Origin: Longimicrobiales bacterium
Lineage (GTDB): Bacteria; Gemmatimonadota; Gemmatimonadetes; Longimicrobiales; Gaopeijiaceae
DNA length: 64,000 nucleotides
Reading direction: 5' to 3'
NCBI GenBank assembly: GCA_965248195.1
Contig: CBDFIQ010000001.1
Coordinates: forward strand, 1,152,001 to 1,216,000
Shown here: piece after piece, positions 48,922 through 58,563 of the stretch
Position numbering within the stretch: the stretch's first letter is position 1
Layout of the letters: every line of letters begins with the position of its first letter
Made by a program: the position numbers and the translations under genes
Notes under the pieces: generated by a model
Told to the model about the DNA's origin: nothing
The model's input: only the letters and a program-made list of their open reading frames with translations
The model's database searches: none

Positions 48922-49128
48922 TCACCCATTTGTCACCGAAAGGACAGGCGCACCCGCATGGACCAGCATCCCTCCGGAGTAGACTTGGCTCGCCGTGAAA
49001 TCCACACCCTCCTCCGGCTCGGGCTGCTCCGGGTCACTCTCCGGCTCAAAGGGTGAGACGCATGTTGCCAGGCTCAATACCACTGCGATCGCCAACGTGG
49101 CGAGGATCGGTCCTCGATCGACTTTCAT
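48922..49128 (-). CDS. 68-aa exported small protein ending in Gly
   Basis: GGGAGGA RBS; basic/hydrophobic signal with possible lipobox LATC; acidic P/E linker; ends SVTNG*. Confidence 0.6.
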   Translation of the reverse strand: MKVDRGPILATLAIAVVLSLATCVSPFEPESDPEQPEPEEGVDFTASQVYSGGMLVHAGAPVLSVTNG

Positions 49129-49373
49129 TTCGTTCCTCCCTCATGAATGCGCTCAGCCGGAGTGTCCCGATGATTTCGTCCGGGAAGACCCCTTCGCTAC
49201 ACCATAGTAGTTCGGACTTGCCATGACGTCAGCCGGCCTCTGTGTGCTATCAGGTTCCAATATCCTATGGAGACCTTCAGAGCGACGCAAAGGCATTCCC
49301 GCTTGTGGTACGGAAACAAGGGGTTCTATCTTGCCGACTCGACGGTTTCGCACACCATCTTCGGGAGCACACC

Positions 49374-50729
49374 ATGTCAAAACTCGGGATGACGCCGTAC
49401 AGTCTTTTGCTCTTAGCGTTAGCCTGTTCTCCGGAGGCCGGACCGCCACAATCGACGGGAGACGCGGTCTGGTTCGAAGGTGCGCGGCTCATCGTCGGCG
49501 ACGGTAATACACCCATCGAGAGTTCTGCATTTCTTGTCGAGGACGGTGTCTTCACGTTCGTGGGCCGGCAGGGTGAGAATCAGCCCCCCGACGGCGCCAT
49601 CCGGGTAGACCTGACTGGCAAGACCGTGATCCCCGCCCTGATCGACGCCCACAACCACATCGGACTCACGAACGTAAGGGAACGCACCAACAGTAAAGAC
49701 AATTACACGCGTGAGAACCTCATCGATCATCTGGAACGGTCCGCGTACCACGGCGTCGCGGTCTCGATGAGCCTGGGCCTCGAGTATGATGAGGAGCTCG
49801 CGTTTCGGTTGCGCGAGGAGGTGATCCCGAACGCGGCACTCTTTATGACGTCGGGTCGAGGGATCGCCGGGACGCCAATGGCGGGTCCCTCGTCCGAGTA
49901 TCGCCTTGGGATTCCGCGCGGCGCGATGACCGAAGCCGAGGGCAGAGCTGCCGTCCAGGAACTGCATGCCAACAACGTGGATCTCGTGAAGGTGTGGGTC
50001 GACGACAGAGGGGGCAGAGTACCGAAGGTTCAGCCGAACGTGCTACGGGCCATCGTCGACGAAGCGCACGCGAACGGAATGCGGGTCGTCACACACGTAG
50101 GTACAACGAGCGCCCTCGCGGACGCCAAGGACATCCTGCGGGCCGGCGTCGACGGCTTTGCACACACGGTTCGTGATAGGGACATCGACGAGGAATACAT
50201 GACGTTGGTCAGGCAGTACCCCGAAGTCTGGACCATCCCGAATCTGCCCGGCAACCCCTTGGTCATGGAAGACCTCCCGTGGCTGAGCGAGACGCTGCTG
50301 CCCGGGGAGATCGAGAGGATGCGCGAGCAGATCGAGAGGAGGGCGGCTGGGGGCCCCGCGGGGTTCGGTAATTTTGAGCTCCAGTGCCGCAACCTGGGGA
50401 GGAATCACGAAGCGGGTATGATCATTGGCATGGGGACGGACTCGGGAACGAGCGTCGCCTGGACCGCACATACAGAGTTGAGGGACATGGTGATGTGTGG
50501 GCTCAGCCCTATGGAGGCGATCGTGGCGGCGACACGGGTCAACGCCCGGATTCTCGGGCTCGATCAGCTTGGGACGGTGGCAGCGGGAAAGAGCGCCGAC
50601 TTCGTGGTGCTGGATGCGAACCCTCTGGACGACATCACCAACACACGCCAGATCTCTCAGGTCTACCTAAGGGGAGACGAAGTCGATCGCGAGGCGCTGA
50701 GGGCCAAGTTCATGGCCGGCGCTATGTGA
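49374..50729 (+). CDS. Amidohydrolase family lipoprotein
   Basis: LALAC lipobox, GKTVIPALIDAHNH, GTDSG, GKSADFVVLDANP. Confidence 0.9.
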   Translation: MSKLGMTPYSLLLLALACSPEAGPPQSTGDAVWFEGARLIVGDGNTPIESSAFLVEDGVFTFVGRQGENQPPDGAIRVDLTGKTVIPALIDAHNHIGLTNVRERTNSKDNYTRENLIDHLERSAYHGVAVSMSLGLEYDEELAFRLREEVIPNAALFMTSGRGIAGTPMAGPSSEYRLGIPRGAMTEAEGRAAVQELHANNVDLVKVWVDDRGGRVPKVQPNVLRAIVDEAHANGMRVVTHVGTTSALADAKDILRAGVDGFAHTVRDRDIDEEYMTLVRQYPEVWTIPNLPGNPLVMEDLPWLSETLLPGEIERMREQIERRAAGGPAGFGNFELQCRNLGRNHEAGMIIGMGTDSGTSVAWTAHTELRDMVMCGLSPMEAIVAATRVNARILGLDQLGTVAAGKSADFVVLDANPLDDITNTRQISQVYLRGDEVDREALRAKFMAGAM

Positions 50730-50772
50730 CGGACGGTGACGGAGGCGCCGCAGCCACCATCTTGCTCGCAAA

Positions 50773-52725
50773 ATGACACGGGGTGAGCGAACAAATCGGA
50801 AATCTTACTGGACCCAGGGGGAAACTATGACCGGTAGAGACCAATCTCAGGTCCATCGGCAGAGGCGAGTCGGCGCGGATTCAGGTGGGGAGCTCCGGAT
50901 CAACCACAGACTTGTGGTTGGTCTCATGCTCGTGCTCACTGTGTTTGCCCACCTGGAAGTGAAAGCACAGGGAGGGATACAGAGTACCTCCCCGCCGATA
51001 ACACAAACGATGCTGACGAACCCGGACCCGGCGGATTGGCTCATGTGGCGGGGTGGGTACAAGGGTTGGGGGTACAGCCCGCTCGATCAGATAAACCCGG
51101 ACAATGTCAACGAGCTGCGGCTGGTCTGGTCATTCCAGTTCGCACCAGGAAAGCCCGGATCCAGGGGGATGCAGGGCGAGCCGCTCGTGTACGACGGAGT
51201 CATGTATGTCCGTCACCACAACGAGCGGTATACCGCGCACGACGCGACGACGGGGGATGTGATTTGGGGATATGACCGCCAGCTACCCGAGGAAGTCATG
51301 GGCTGGGACGTCAACACTCGCCCCATATGGGGGTTCACTCCACATCGGGGAAGAGGTATGGCCCTCTACGGGGACAAGATCATAGGTCATTCGACGGACG
51401 GGATGCTCTTCGCCTTGGACTCATTCAGGGGGGATCTCCTGTGGGAAACTCGGATGACCGATCTATACCGCGGCCAGCAACCCAGCGGTGCGCCCGTTGT
51501 GTTCGATGGCCTCGTTATCCTGGGCTATGATTGCTCCGCAGATTCCGCGTTGGATCCATGCCACATGTCAGCCTACGATGCCGAAACGGGCCGGAGGATT
51601 TGGCGTTGGTATACCAGTCCCACCCGGGATGATCCAATGCATTATACATGGGGCGACGACCCCCAGGTGTACCCATTGGAAATACGGGAGAACATGTCCC
51701 CCTGGATGACCCCCGCCATCGATACCGAACGCGGACTGGTCATATTCGGTATCGGCTCGAGCGCGCCACAGCAACCCGAGTTGGCCGGAACCGATGGTGA
51801 GTGGCCCGATCGACTGTACCACGGATCGACGGTGGCCCTTGATTACCGAACGGGGGACCTCGTTTGGTGGGCTCAGCACCACACGGATATGTGGAACAAC
51901 GATTCAGTATTCGACCGGATGCTCGTCGATTCCCCGGTGGCTCCCGATCCGCCCGGGGCCCTCGGCGTAAATCCGGACATCACGCCCGGTGAGGTGCGGC
52001 AGCTCGTGGTGGGCTCCTTCTCGAAGGACGGCATCTTCTACGCCTATGACAGGAGCGACGGCACGTTTCTGTATGCGAGGCCGACCGGTTATCAGAACAT
52101 CATCCAGAGTTATGACGGAAGGACCGGGGCCTATACCACCAATCCCGACGCCGTCATGACCGGCGACCCGGACCGTCGAGCTACGGTATGCAAGGACAGC
52201 AGAACTGTGCCTCAGGGCGCCTACAGCCCGCTCACCAATGCCTATTATATCGGGGCATGGAATGGTCGGTGCTCTGTGATTCGGGTTCAATCGGTGCCAC
52301 CTAGAATCGAGGACGGCTACAACACCGCGAATGTGGGCAGGTCCCCCAACCCCGTGCCCCACCTCGGCCAGCCCGAGGCAATCGATGTCTCAACCGGAAA
52401 GACGCTATGGCGCCTGGAGCGCGAGGCACCCCTGTACGGAATGCTGACCACGGGCGGTGGGCTCCTCTTCGCCGCTGACACATTCAGACGTTTTTATGCC
52501 ATCGACCAGTGGACGGGAGAAATCCTGTGGCAGAGCATTCTCAGTGGTGTGAGCGACATGGCGCCCATCACCTACGCGGTAGACGGCCGACAGTACGTGG
52601 CGGTGATTGCGCCCGGGGGTACCTCTGGATCGTCAAGCCACGTCGGCCAGTTGAACGCCCGGTCGCCGATCGGACCGAGAGGTGTTGGTCACACCATGTT
52701 CGTCTTCGCCTTGCCGGAACAGTAG
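50773..52725 (+). CDS. PQQ-dependent dehydrogenase-like beta-propeller protein
   Basis: DWLMWRG, YSPLDQI, PLVYDGVMY, Trp-docking repeats, TGGGLLF, PITYAVDGRQYVAV; start uncertain. Confidence 0.88.
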   Translation: MTRGERTNRKSYWTQGETMTGRDQSQVHRQRRVGADSGGELRINHRLVVGLMLVLTVFAHLEVKAQGGIQSTSPPITQTMLTNPDPADWLMWRGGYKGWGYSPLDQINPDNVNELRLVWSFQFAPGKPGSRGMQGEPLVYDGVMYVRHHNERYTAHDATTGDVIWGYDRQLPEEVMGWDVNTRPIWGFTPHRGRGMALYGDKIIGHSTDGMLFALDSFRGDLLWETRMTDLYRGQQPSGAPVVFDGLVILGYDCSADSALDPCHMSAYDAETGRRIWRWYTSPTRDDPMHYTWGDDPQVYPLEIRENMSPWMTPAIDTERGLVIFGIGSSAPQQPELAGTDGEWPDRLYHGSTVALDYRTGDLVWWAQHHTDMWNNDSVFDRMLVDSPVAPDPPGALGVNPDITPGEVRQLVVGSFSKDGIFYAYDRSDGTFLYARPTGYQNIIQSYDGRTGAYTTNPDAVMTGDPDRRATVCKDSRTVPQGAYSPLTNAYYIGAWNGRCSVIRVQSVPPRIEDGYNTANVGRSPNPVPHLGQPEAIDVSTGKTLWRLEREAPLYGMLTTGGGLLFAADTFRRFYAIDQWTGEILWQSILSGVSDMAPITYAVDGRQYVAVIAPGGTSGSSSHVGQLNARSPIGPRGVGHTMFVFALPEQ

Positions 52726-52759
52726 AGGCCCGTTCAACAACAGTAGAGGCCTGTTCAAC
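52718..52759. repeat. 21-bp tandem duplication (20/21) spanning the PQQ gene stop
   Basis: aacagtagaggcccgttcaac / aacagtagaggcctgttcaac. Confidence 0.85.
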
Positions 52760-52771
52760 GGTCCTCCTAGG

Positions 52772-55045
52772 TCAGATCCCGAACTGGAAGGTGCGGGAGT
52801 ACTTTAGAAGAATCGTCCGCTCATCGCTCAACGGACGTACGGGATCGAAGGAATTCCGGTCCGTGACAAGGCCCTCGTTCCAGACGATGTAAAGGTCGTT
52901 CCCTTCGCTGGGATTGTAGCGGAAACGAACGTTCGCGATGATCGCCCTGTCGGTGTTGCTGTACTGGACGAACCAGACGGCAGAGGTCTTGGTCGAGAGC
53001 ATCACCTGCGCGCGGAGCCGGACGATATGTGCGGTGAAGCTTTGGTCGCGGCGAGGGAATTCCACATGGTCGAGGCGGTAGTCTGCGGACAGGTTCAAGT
53101 GCGCAGATGGATCCCAGACCGGCCCGAAGGACATGGAGGCCTGTCGTCCGTCGAAGAACCGCCCGCCTTCGACGACTACGTTGGTTCGAAACCGACCACT
53201 CTGGGGCGCCCGGTACCGGAGTCGCACCGTCGCGAAACGGTAGATTCCCGCCGGAACCGAATTGCCGTCCGGTAAGGGGAACGGCGACTCCAGATTCTCG
53301 TAGCGGTACGGTACGGAAAAGTTCACTACGTGTCGGCCCCACGTCTCCAGGATCACCCTCGACTCGATTGCCGCCGTCTCGATGTTCCCATCGTCGTTGC
53401 GGCGGAAGACTTCTCCGTCGAATTGGAGGGCGTAGGTGAACAAGCGCCCTACGAGTCCCGGACGCCACCCGTAACCCAGGTTGGCCTGACCCTTCGTAAA
53501 GTCGTTTCGCCGTAGAAAGCCCATTCCCGGATCGAACAGCTCCCCCGTCCGAGCGAGATCGAGGGCGTAGGTGAGCCCATCCGAGCCCCTACGCTCCCAG
53601 TTCAAGCGGATTATGCCGCGGTCGAGGGGCCCGACCGATCCTGTAGACGGCTCTTGGTCGTCGAAACTCTGGGCCCAGTTGAGGACCAGATAATCGTTCC
53701 CCGCGATCCGGAAGATCGCGTCCGCCCCATAGACGATGTTCCGGCGCCCCCCCGAACCCAACCGGCTGGTCAGGATTCCGCCCACGTACGAGTTCGGGTT
53801 CAGCACGCGGCGGCGGAGGCGCGCGACGCCCAGGTTCTCCGAAGGAAGAGTCTCGGACTCCTCGGTCTGAAGGTTCATGATGCCGACGTCCCATTCTCCC
53901 ACCCGCCCCACCAGACGACCTCCACCGTAGATCCGGACCGGCTCGCCATCGGCTAACCCGACGGTGCGGGAGTGGAATAGTCGGTCCTGCCCTCCGAGCG
54001 GGTACTCGAAGTTCGACGCTCGCTCCTGGAAGAAGCGTCTTTTCTCGGGGAAGAAGAGTGAGAAACGGGTGAGGTTCACCTGCTGATCGTCAGCCTCCAC
54101 CTGTGCAAAGTCGGTGTTCGCCGTAACTTGCAGGGTGAGGTTGGAGGTGAGGCCGTAGCGCACGTCGAGGCCCCCTTCCTCCACCCGATCTGTGCTGCGG
54201 TCGAAGCCCGTTCCGAGTCCGTTGAGGACCTGGGAATGACCGCCGCCAGCGAGAACGTACGGGGTGATGTAGACCGGCTTACCCTGCCCCTCCACCCCTT
54301 CTAGTATGATCTTCCGCATCTGTGACGGTTTAGCAAACGCGGAGGTGCCCAGATCGGGCGGGATCGCCGGATGGACGTGTCGCTCGTTCTTTCGGGCGAT
54401 GTTGCGTAGCATCGACACACCCATGACCACCCGTCCGTCGATCGCCTGAAAGAGGACGCTGGAAAAGGGGATCCGCATCTCGGCGTACCATCCGCGCTCG
54501 TCCCTGAACACTGCTACGTCCCAGAAGGCGTCCCAACTCGCGTTGCTGCTTCCCTCGCCATCGTTCGAGCGGTGTGAGTCGGTACGATTTCCCGCCGGAG
54601 ACGTCTTGAATTGCAGCGCGTTCTCTTCGTCATTGAGGGTGTCGATATAGATGGAGCAAAAATCGCTTCTGAAGGATCTCTCGTCCCGTTGGAATGAATA
54701 CATGTGGATGCCGTCGGGGTCCGAGTCATACGCCTGACACGAGAAGTACAAGTACTTGGCATCGTAGGCGAGGCGGAATTCGGTCCGCTCGGAGGGCGGC
54801 GCGCCGAACGTGGGCAAATGCATGGTAGTGGGAAGGGGCTCGATGGCCTGCCAGGCGGGCTCGTCCATCCTTCCGTCCAGGACGATGGCTCCTTCGATGC
54901 GGGGGACGTAGTACGGGGACTCGCCCGACCTCGCAGAAGCCAGCTGCTGGGCGCCCGCGGGCAAGACGGTGATCGCCCAGATCAGCGCGAACCCTCCAAC
55001 GCCGGGGAGCACGTTCCTCCGAGCAAAGGGGCGCAGGGCTATCAA
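52772..55045 (-). CDS. DUF5916-type protein (second, divergent paralog)
   Basis: LDGRMDE, GWYAEMRIPFSS, NTDFAQVEAD, NLTRFSLFFPEKRRFF. Confidence 0.85.
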   Translation of the reverse strand: MIALRPFARRNVLPGVGGFALIWAITVLPAGAQQLASARSGESPYYVPRIEGAIVLDGRMDEPAWQAIEPLPTTMHLPTFGAPPSERTEFRLAYDAKYLYFSCQAYDSDPDGIHMYSFQRDERSFRSDFCSIYIDTLNDEENALQFKTSPAGNRTDSHRSNDGEGSSNASWDAFWDVAVFRDERGWYAEMRIPFSSVLFQAIDGRVVMGVSMLRNIARKNERHVHPAIPPDLGTSAFAKPSQMRKIILEGVEGQGKPVYITPYVLAGGGHSQVLNGLGTGFDRSTDRVEEGGLDVRYGLTSNLTLQVTANTDFAQVEADDQQVNLTRFSLFFPEKRRFFQERASNFEYPLGGQDRLFHSRTVGLADGEPVRIYGGGRLVGRVGEWDVGIMNLQTEESETLPSENLGVARLRRRVLNPNSYVGGILTSRLGSGGRRNIVYGADAIFRIAGNDYLVLNWAQSFDDQEPSTGSVGPLDRGIIRLNWERRGSDGLTYALDLARTGELFDPGMGFLRRNDFTKGQANLGYGWRPGLVGRLFTYALQFDGEVFRRNDDGNIETAAIESRVILETWGRHVVNFSVPYRYENLESPFPLPDGNSVPAGIYRFATVRLRYRAPQSGRFRTNVVVEGGRFFDGRQASMSFGPVWDPSAHLNLSADYRLDHVEFPRRDQSFTAHIVRLRAQVMLSTKTSAVWFVQYSNTDRAIIANVRFRYNPSEGNDLYIVWNEGLVTDRNSFDPVRPLSDERTILLKYSRTFQFGI

Positions 55046-55281
55046 GGGGAGCCTGCCGGAGGAATGAGCGGGTGGGTAACCATGAGCCCGACAAGCTGCG
55101 GGCTGGCAAGGGGCTCTGCAACTTCTGTGGGCTACCGCAGAGCCTCTTGGGCTCGAGCCGCTGATCTGCTAGACGATGCGATTGGCGGAACCTATGATAT
55201 GGGAGTCCGGAGCCTCATACGGGAGTCTGGAGCCGACGAGGAACTTCGGAGAATAAACGTGCAAACACACTGGAGGTTTCT

Positions 55282-55875
55282 ATGAAACGCTCGTTCGCAG
55301 TCACTCTAGGGCTTTTGCTGCTCGGCCTCGTGAGTATCTCATTTCCGTCTTCGGCGTCCGGCCAGGAGGCCGGATGGTCGACCCTGTTTGACGGTTCTCT
55401 TCTCGACGGCTGGAAAGTTGTCGGCGGTGCCAACTGGGAGGTGGCTGACGGCGCCGTTTCGGCCGACAGCGGCAGCGGGTTTCTCGTATCAGGGGCGTCG
55501 TATGGGGATTTCGAGCTGACGTTGGAATTCTGGGTCGATGAGCCCGCCAACAGTGGCATCTTCATTCGCTGTGCGGATCCCGAAGACATTCGCGATACCA
55601 ACTGCTATGAGGTCAATATCTACGATACGCGGGCCGACCAGACCTACAGAACCGGAGGAATCGTGCACGTGGCAGCGCCGGCTAGCGTCATCAATACCGG
55701 GGGCCAATGGAACAGTTATGAAATCAGGGCCCAGGGCTCACGGCTGGTCGTGGCACTGAACGGCACCCAGACTGTCGACGTCACACACGATCAATTTGCC
55801 CGCGGCCCTATCGCACTTCAATACGGCGCGGGTACGGTGAGGTTTCGTAACGTCCAGATTCGCCAGCTCGATTAG
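55282..55875 (+). CDS. DUF1080 (3-keto-disaccharide hydrolase-like) secreted protein
   Basis: LFDG...GW, YGDFEL, NSGIF, YEVNI, TGGI, WNSYEI, GPIALQ, VRFRN. Confidence 0.9.
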   Translation: MKRSFAVTLGLLLLGLVSISFPSSASGQEAGWSTLFDGSLLDGWKVVGGANWEVADGAVSADSGSGFLVSGASYGDFELTLEFWVDEPANSGIFIRCADPEDIRDTNCYEVNIYDTRADQTYRTGGIVHVAAPASVINTGGQWNSYEIRAQGSRLVVALNGTQTVDVTHDQFARGPIALQYGAGTVRFRNVQIRQLD

Positions 55876-56059
55876 AAACACGATCTGAAGAGGTCCGCAT
55901 GCACCGGCCGACTCAAGCGCCCCGGGGAGGCCCAGTGCGCCGCAGCATATGGCCAGCGCCCGTCGGAAACCATACGTTCACAGCCTAATCGCCCTCGGAC
56001 ATAAACGAACCGACTTTCCGATCCTCATCGAGTTCACGAAGGAAAAGGAGGATAGCAGC

Positions 56060-57712
56060 GTGGGAAAAGAGAAGAAGAGCCATGGAGCGCTCGACCGGAG
56101 AGAATTCCTAAAGAAGGGTGCTGCCATCGGTGTTGCTGCGCCCGCGCTGGGCGCGCTCGACGCCAGAGAGCTGGAGGCACAGCAGGCCTGGGATAGGGAG
56201 GTCGACTTTGTCACGATCGGGGCGGGCACTTCGGGACTTGCGGCCGCGGTTTCTGCGCTCGATAACGGGGCGTCGGTGATCATACTGGAGGCGAACTACG
56301 ACATCGGCGGCCATGGATTGGTCAGCGGGGGAAACGTGCACCTCGGCGGCGGTAACAGTAGACAGCGGAAATTCGGGATTGAGGATTCTGCGGACATGGT
56401 CTATGCGGACTGGGTTCGCCACGACCACCGTGACAGCCGCTACAGCGACCGGGACCTGGTGCGTGCCTTCGCCGACGAGAACGCGGAGGCCTTCGAGTTC
56501 CTGATAGAAAACGGAGTCCAGTTTCAAGACCATGCCACGGGTCCGCAGGCCGCGTCCACGGTTAGGAGACAGGGGCGAACCGTGCAGTGGCCGATCGCTA
56601 GCGAGCGTGTCACGCACCACGTGACCCGGGTGGGCTCGGGCCTGGTCCGGGCGCTGGAGAAGAGCGCCAGAGCGAAAGGCGCCGAGATCCTCTTGGAGCA
56701 CAAGATGACGCGGATCATCCGCGAGAACCAGTCCTCCGGGAGGGTGTTGGGCGTGTCCGCCGAGCACCGGGGCACGACCGTGAACATCCGTGCTCTGAAG
56801 GGCGTCTTGGTCGCTACAGGAGGGAGCTCCAGTAATGTCACTTTGCGCCGGACGTTCGACCCGAGGCTAACTGAGGAGTATCAGGTGGCGGGTGAGCCTT
56901 GGTCCAAACAGACCGGTGACGGGGAGCTCGCGGCGATGGCGATTGGAGCAGCGCTCTGGGCGACCGCGAATCAGACCAAGGAGTCAGGCAACTATATGTC
57001 GAAGACCCGCTACATAGGGTGCAAGTGGGGCTACTCCAGCCTCATCTGGCAGCCCGATAGCCCGCTCTTCGACCGCGCACGCGCTTCAGGACTTACGATC
57101 CTCGATTGGCAAGACGCAATCCTGGTGAACCAGACCGGCCGGAGATTCTACAACGAACTGGAAGGGGGGTATGAGTACTTCGCTGCATGCCTCCAGGACC
57201 ACGGGGACACTAAGAAGAGGAACGGAGGGGGTCCGATCTGGGCCATCTTTGATGCCGATGCCGTGGAGCGGGAGGACTGGGATCCGAACCCGCCGTTTGT
57301 TGATCTGGATGGTTACTTCTTCAGCGGAGACACACCAGCGGAGCTCGCCCGTAACATCGACAACGAATACCAATCGGGTCCAATGCCGCCTGATGCACTC
57401 GAGGAAACGGTCGCCAGATACAATAGCTTCGTGGATGCGGGAAGGGATTCGGACTTCGGCAAAGAGCCCATGCACAAGATCCAGACACCCCCGTTCTACG
57501 CCGCCTGGTCCACCCCGATCCTCCACGATACCCTGACCGGTCTTCGGACCAACGCGAGGGCGCAGGTGATGGACTATCACGGGCAGGTCATTCCCGGCCT
57601 CTACTGCTCCGGTGAGTCGCAGGGTGGATTCGCTCAGCACGGCCTGGGCCGGTGCATCGTGTTCGGTCGCATCGCGGGGAGACACGCCGCTTTGAACGGA
57701 GGTGAAGCCTGA
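56060..57712 (+). CDS. Tat-exported FAD-dependent oxidoreductase (fumarate reductase flavoprotein/ketosteroid dehydrogenase family)
   Basis: AAGGAGG RBS, DRREFLKK, IGAGTSGLAAA, SGG, ATGG, PFYAAW, IPGLY. Confidence 0.9.
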   Translation: MGKEKKSHGALDRREFLKKGAAIGVAAPALGALDARELEAQQAWDREVDFVTIGAGTSGLAAAVSALDNGASVIILEANYDIGGHGLVSGGNVHLGGGNSRQRKFGIEDSADMVYADWVRHDHRDSRYSDRDLVRAFADENAEAFEFLIENGVQFQDHATGPQAASTVRRQGRTVQWPIASERVTHHVTRVGSGLVRALEKSARAKGAEILLEHKMTRIIRENQSSGRVLGVSAEHRGTTVNIRALKGVLVATGGSSSNVTLRRTFDPRLTEEYQVAGEPWSKQTGDGELAAMAIGAALWATANQTKESGNYMSKTRYIGCKWGYSSLIWQPDSPLFDRARASGLTILDWQDAILVNQTGRRFYNELEGGYEYFAACLQDHGDTKKRNGGGPIWAIFDADAVEREDWDPNPPFVDLDGYFFSGDTPAELARNIDNEYQSGPMPPDALEETVARYNSFVDAGRDSDFGKEPMHKIQTPPFYAAWSTPILHDTLTGLRTNARAQVMDYHGQVIPGLYCSGESQGGFAQHGLGRCIVFGRIAGRHAALNGGEA

Positions 57713-57758
57713 TTTCCTGGCAGCGGGCGGGACCCTAGAGCCCGAGGGCTCGTTCTAC

Positions 57759-57796
57759 TTCTTTTGGGCCTGTCCATTTCTTTTGGGCCTGTCCAT
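57759..57796. repeat. Perfect 19-bp tandem duplication
   Basis: ttcttttgggcctgtccat x2 between convergent genes. Confidence 0.9.
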
Positions 57797-57831
57797 GCCA
57801 GAGACACGTTCGCCTCAAATCGAGCAGCCCG

Positions 57832-58563
57832 TTACCACCCACCTCCTGGGTACGCCTGGGGCTCCCACCAGGGGACGTCCGGCCGATGAGACCAGAGAAT
57901 CCTCATGATGAGAGATTCGGGCTCGTCGATTACGGCCTCTAGCAGAGCGGACGCCGCCGCCGCGGTCATAGGCCCTGGATCCTGGCCGGCCAGAGCTTCG
58001 CGTTCGCCCTCGACAGCCCCCCGACGCGGCGCGGAAACGATGGCGCCTTCCGTATCCTCCGACTCGTCCCCCGAGTCGGAACCCGAACCGGGGGCCTCGT
58101 CCTCGGGCCGATCCAGCGCGTCGAGCCAGTCCTGCGCCAGGGCCAGATTCCAGCGGGCGCTCTCGTCGGCGGGATCGAGGCGAAGGGCCAGCCGATTGCT
58201 CGCGACCGCTGCCATCAGGGCACTCATGGTAGCGTCGAGCTCCATGGGGTTCTGGACTGCCGTAAGGAAGCGGTATCCGAGATTGTAAAGGGCCCTTTGA
58301 GCGGTCGTACGATCCTCCCCTTCCGCCACCCGGACAAGGTAGGCCTGCGCGGAGTCCGCATCGATCTCGAGGAGGGCCGTACCCAAGTTGTATTCCACCG
58401 TCGGGAGCCCATCACCGGCACGCTCGGAACCCCGATAGAGCTCCACCGCCCCCCGGGAATCGCCGGCCCGGTAGAGCCGATTGCCACGCTCGAGGCTGTG
58501 TTGATCCTGCCAGAGCAGAAAAGGCACCAGGACGATCGTGGCCACCAAGACGTATTTCGTCAT
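57832..58563 (-). CDS. TPR protein, BatC-like
   Basis: GNRLY, YNLG x2, ALRLDP...ARWNLALA; ATGA-coupled to the upstream VWA gene. Confidence 0.75.
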   Translation of the reverse strand: MTKYVLVATIVLVPFLLWQDQHSLERGNRLYRAGDSRGAVELYRGSERAGDGLPTVEYNLGTALLEIDADSAQAYLVRVAEGEDRTTAQRALYNLGYRFLTAVQNPMELDATMSALMAAVASNRLALRLDPADESARWNLALAQDWLDALDRPEDEAPGSGSDSGDESEDTEGAIVSAPRRGAVEGEREALAGQDPGPMTAAAASALLEAVIDEPESLIMRILWSHRPDVPWWEPQAYPGGGW

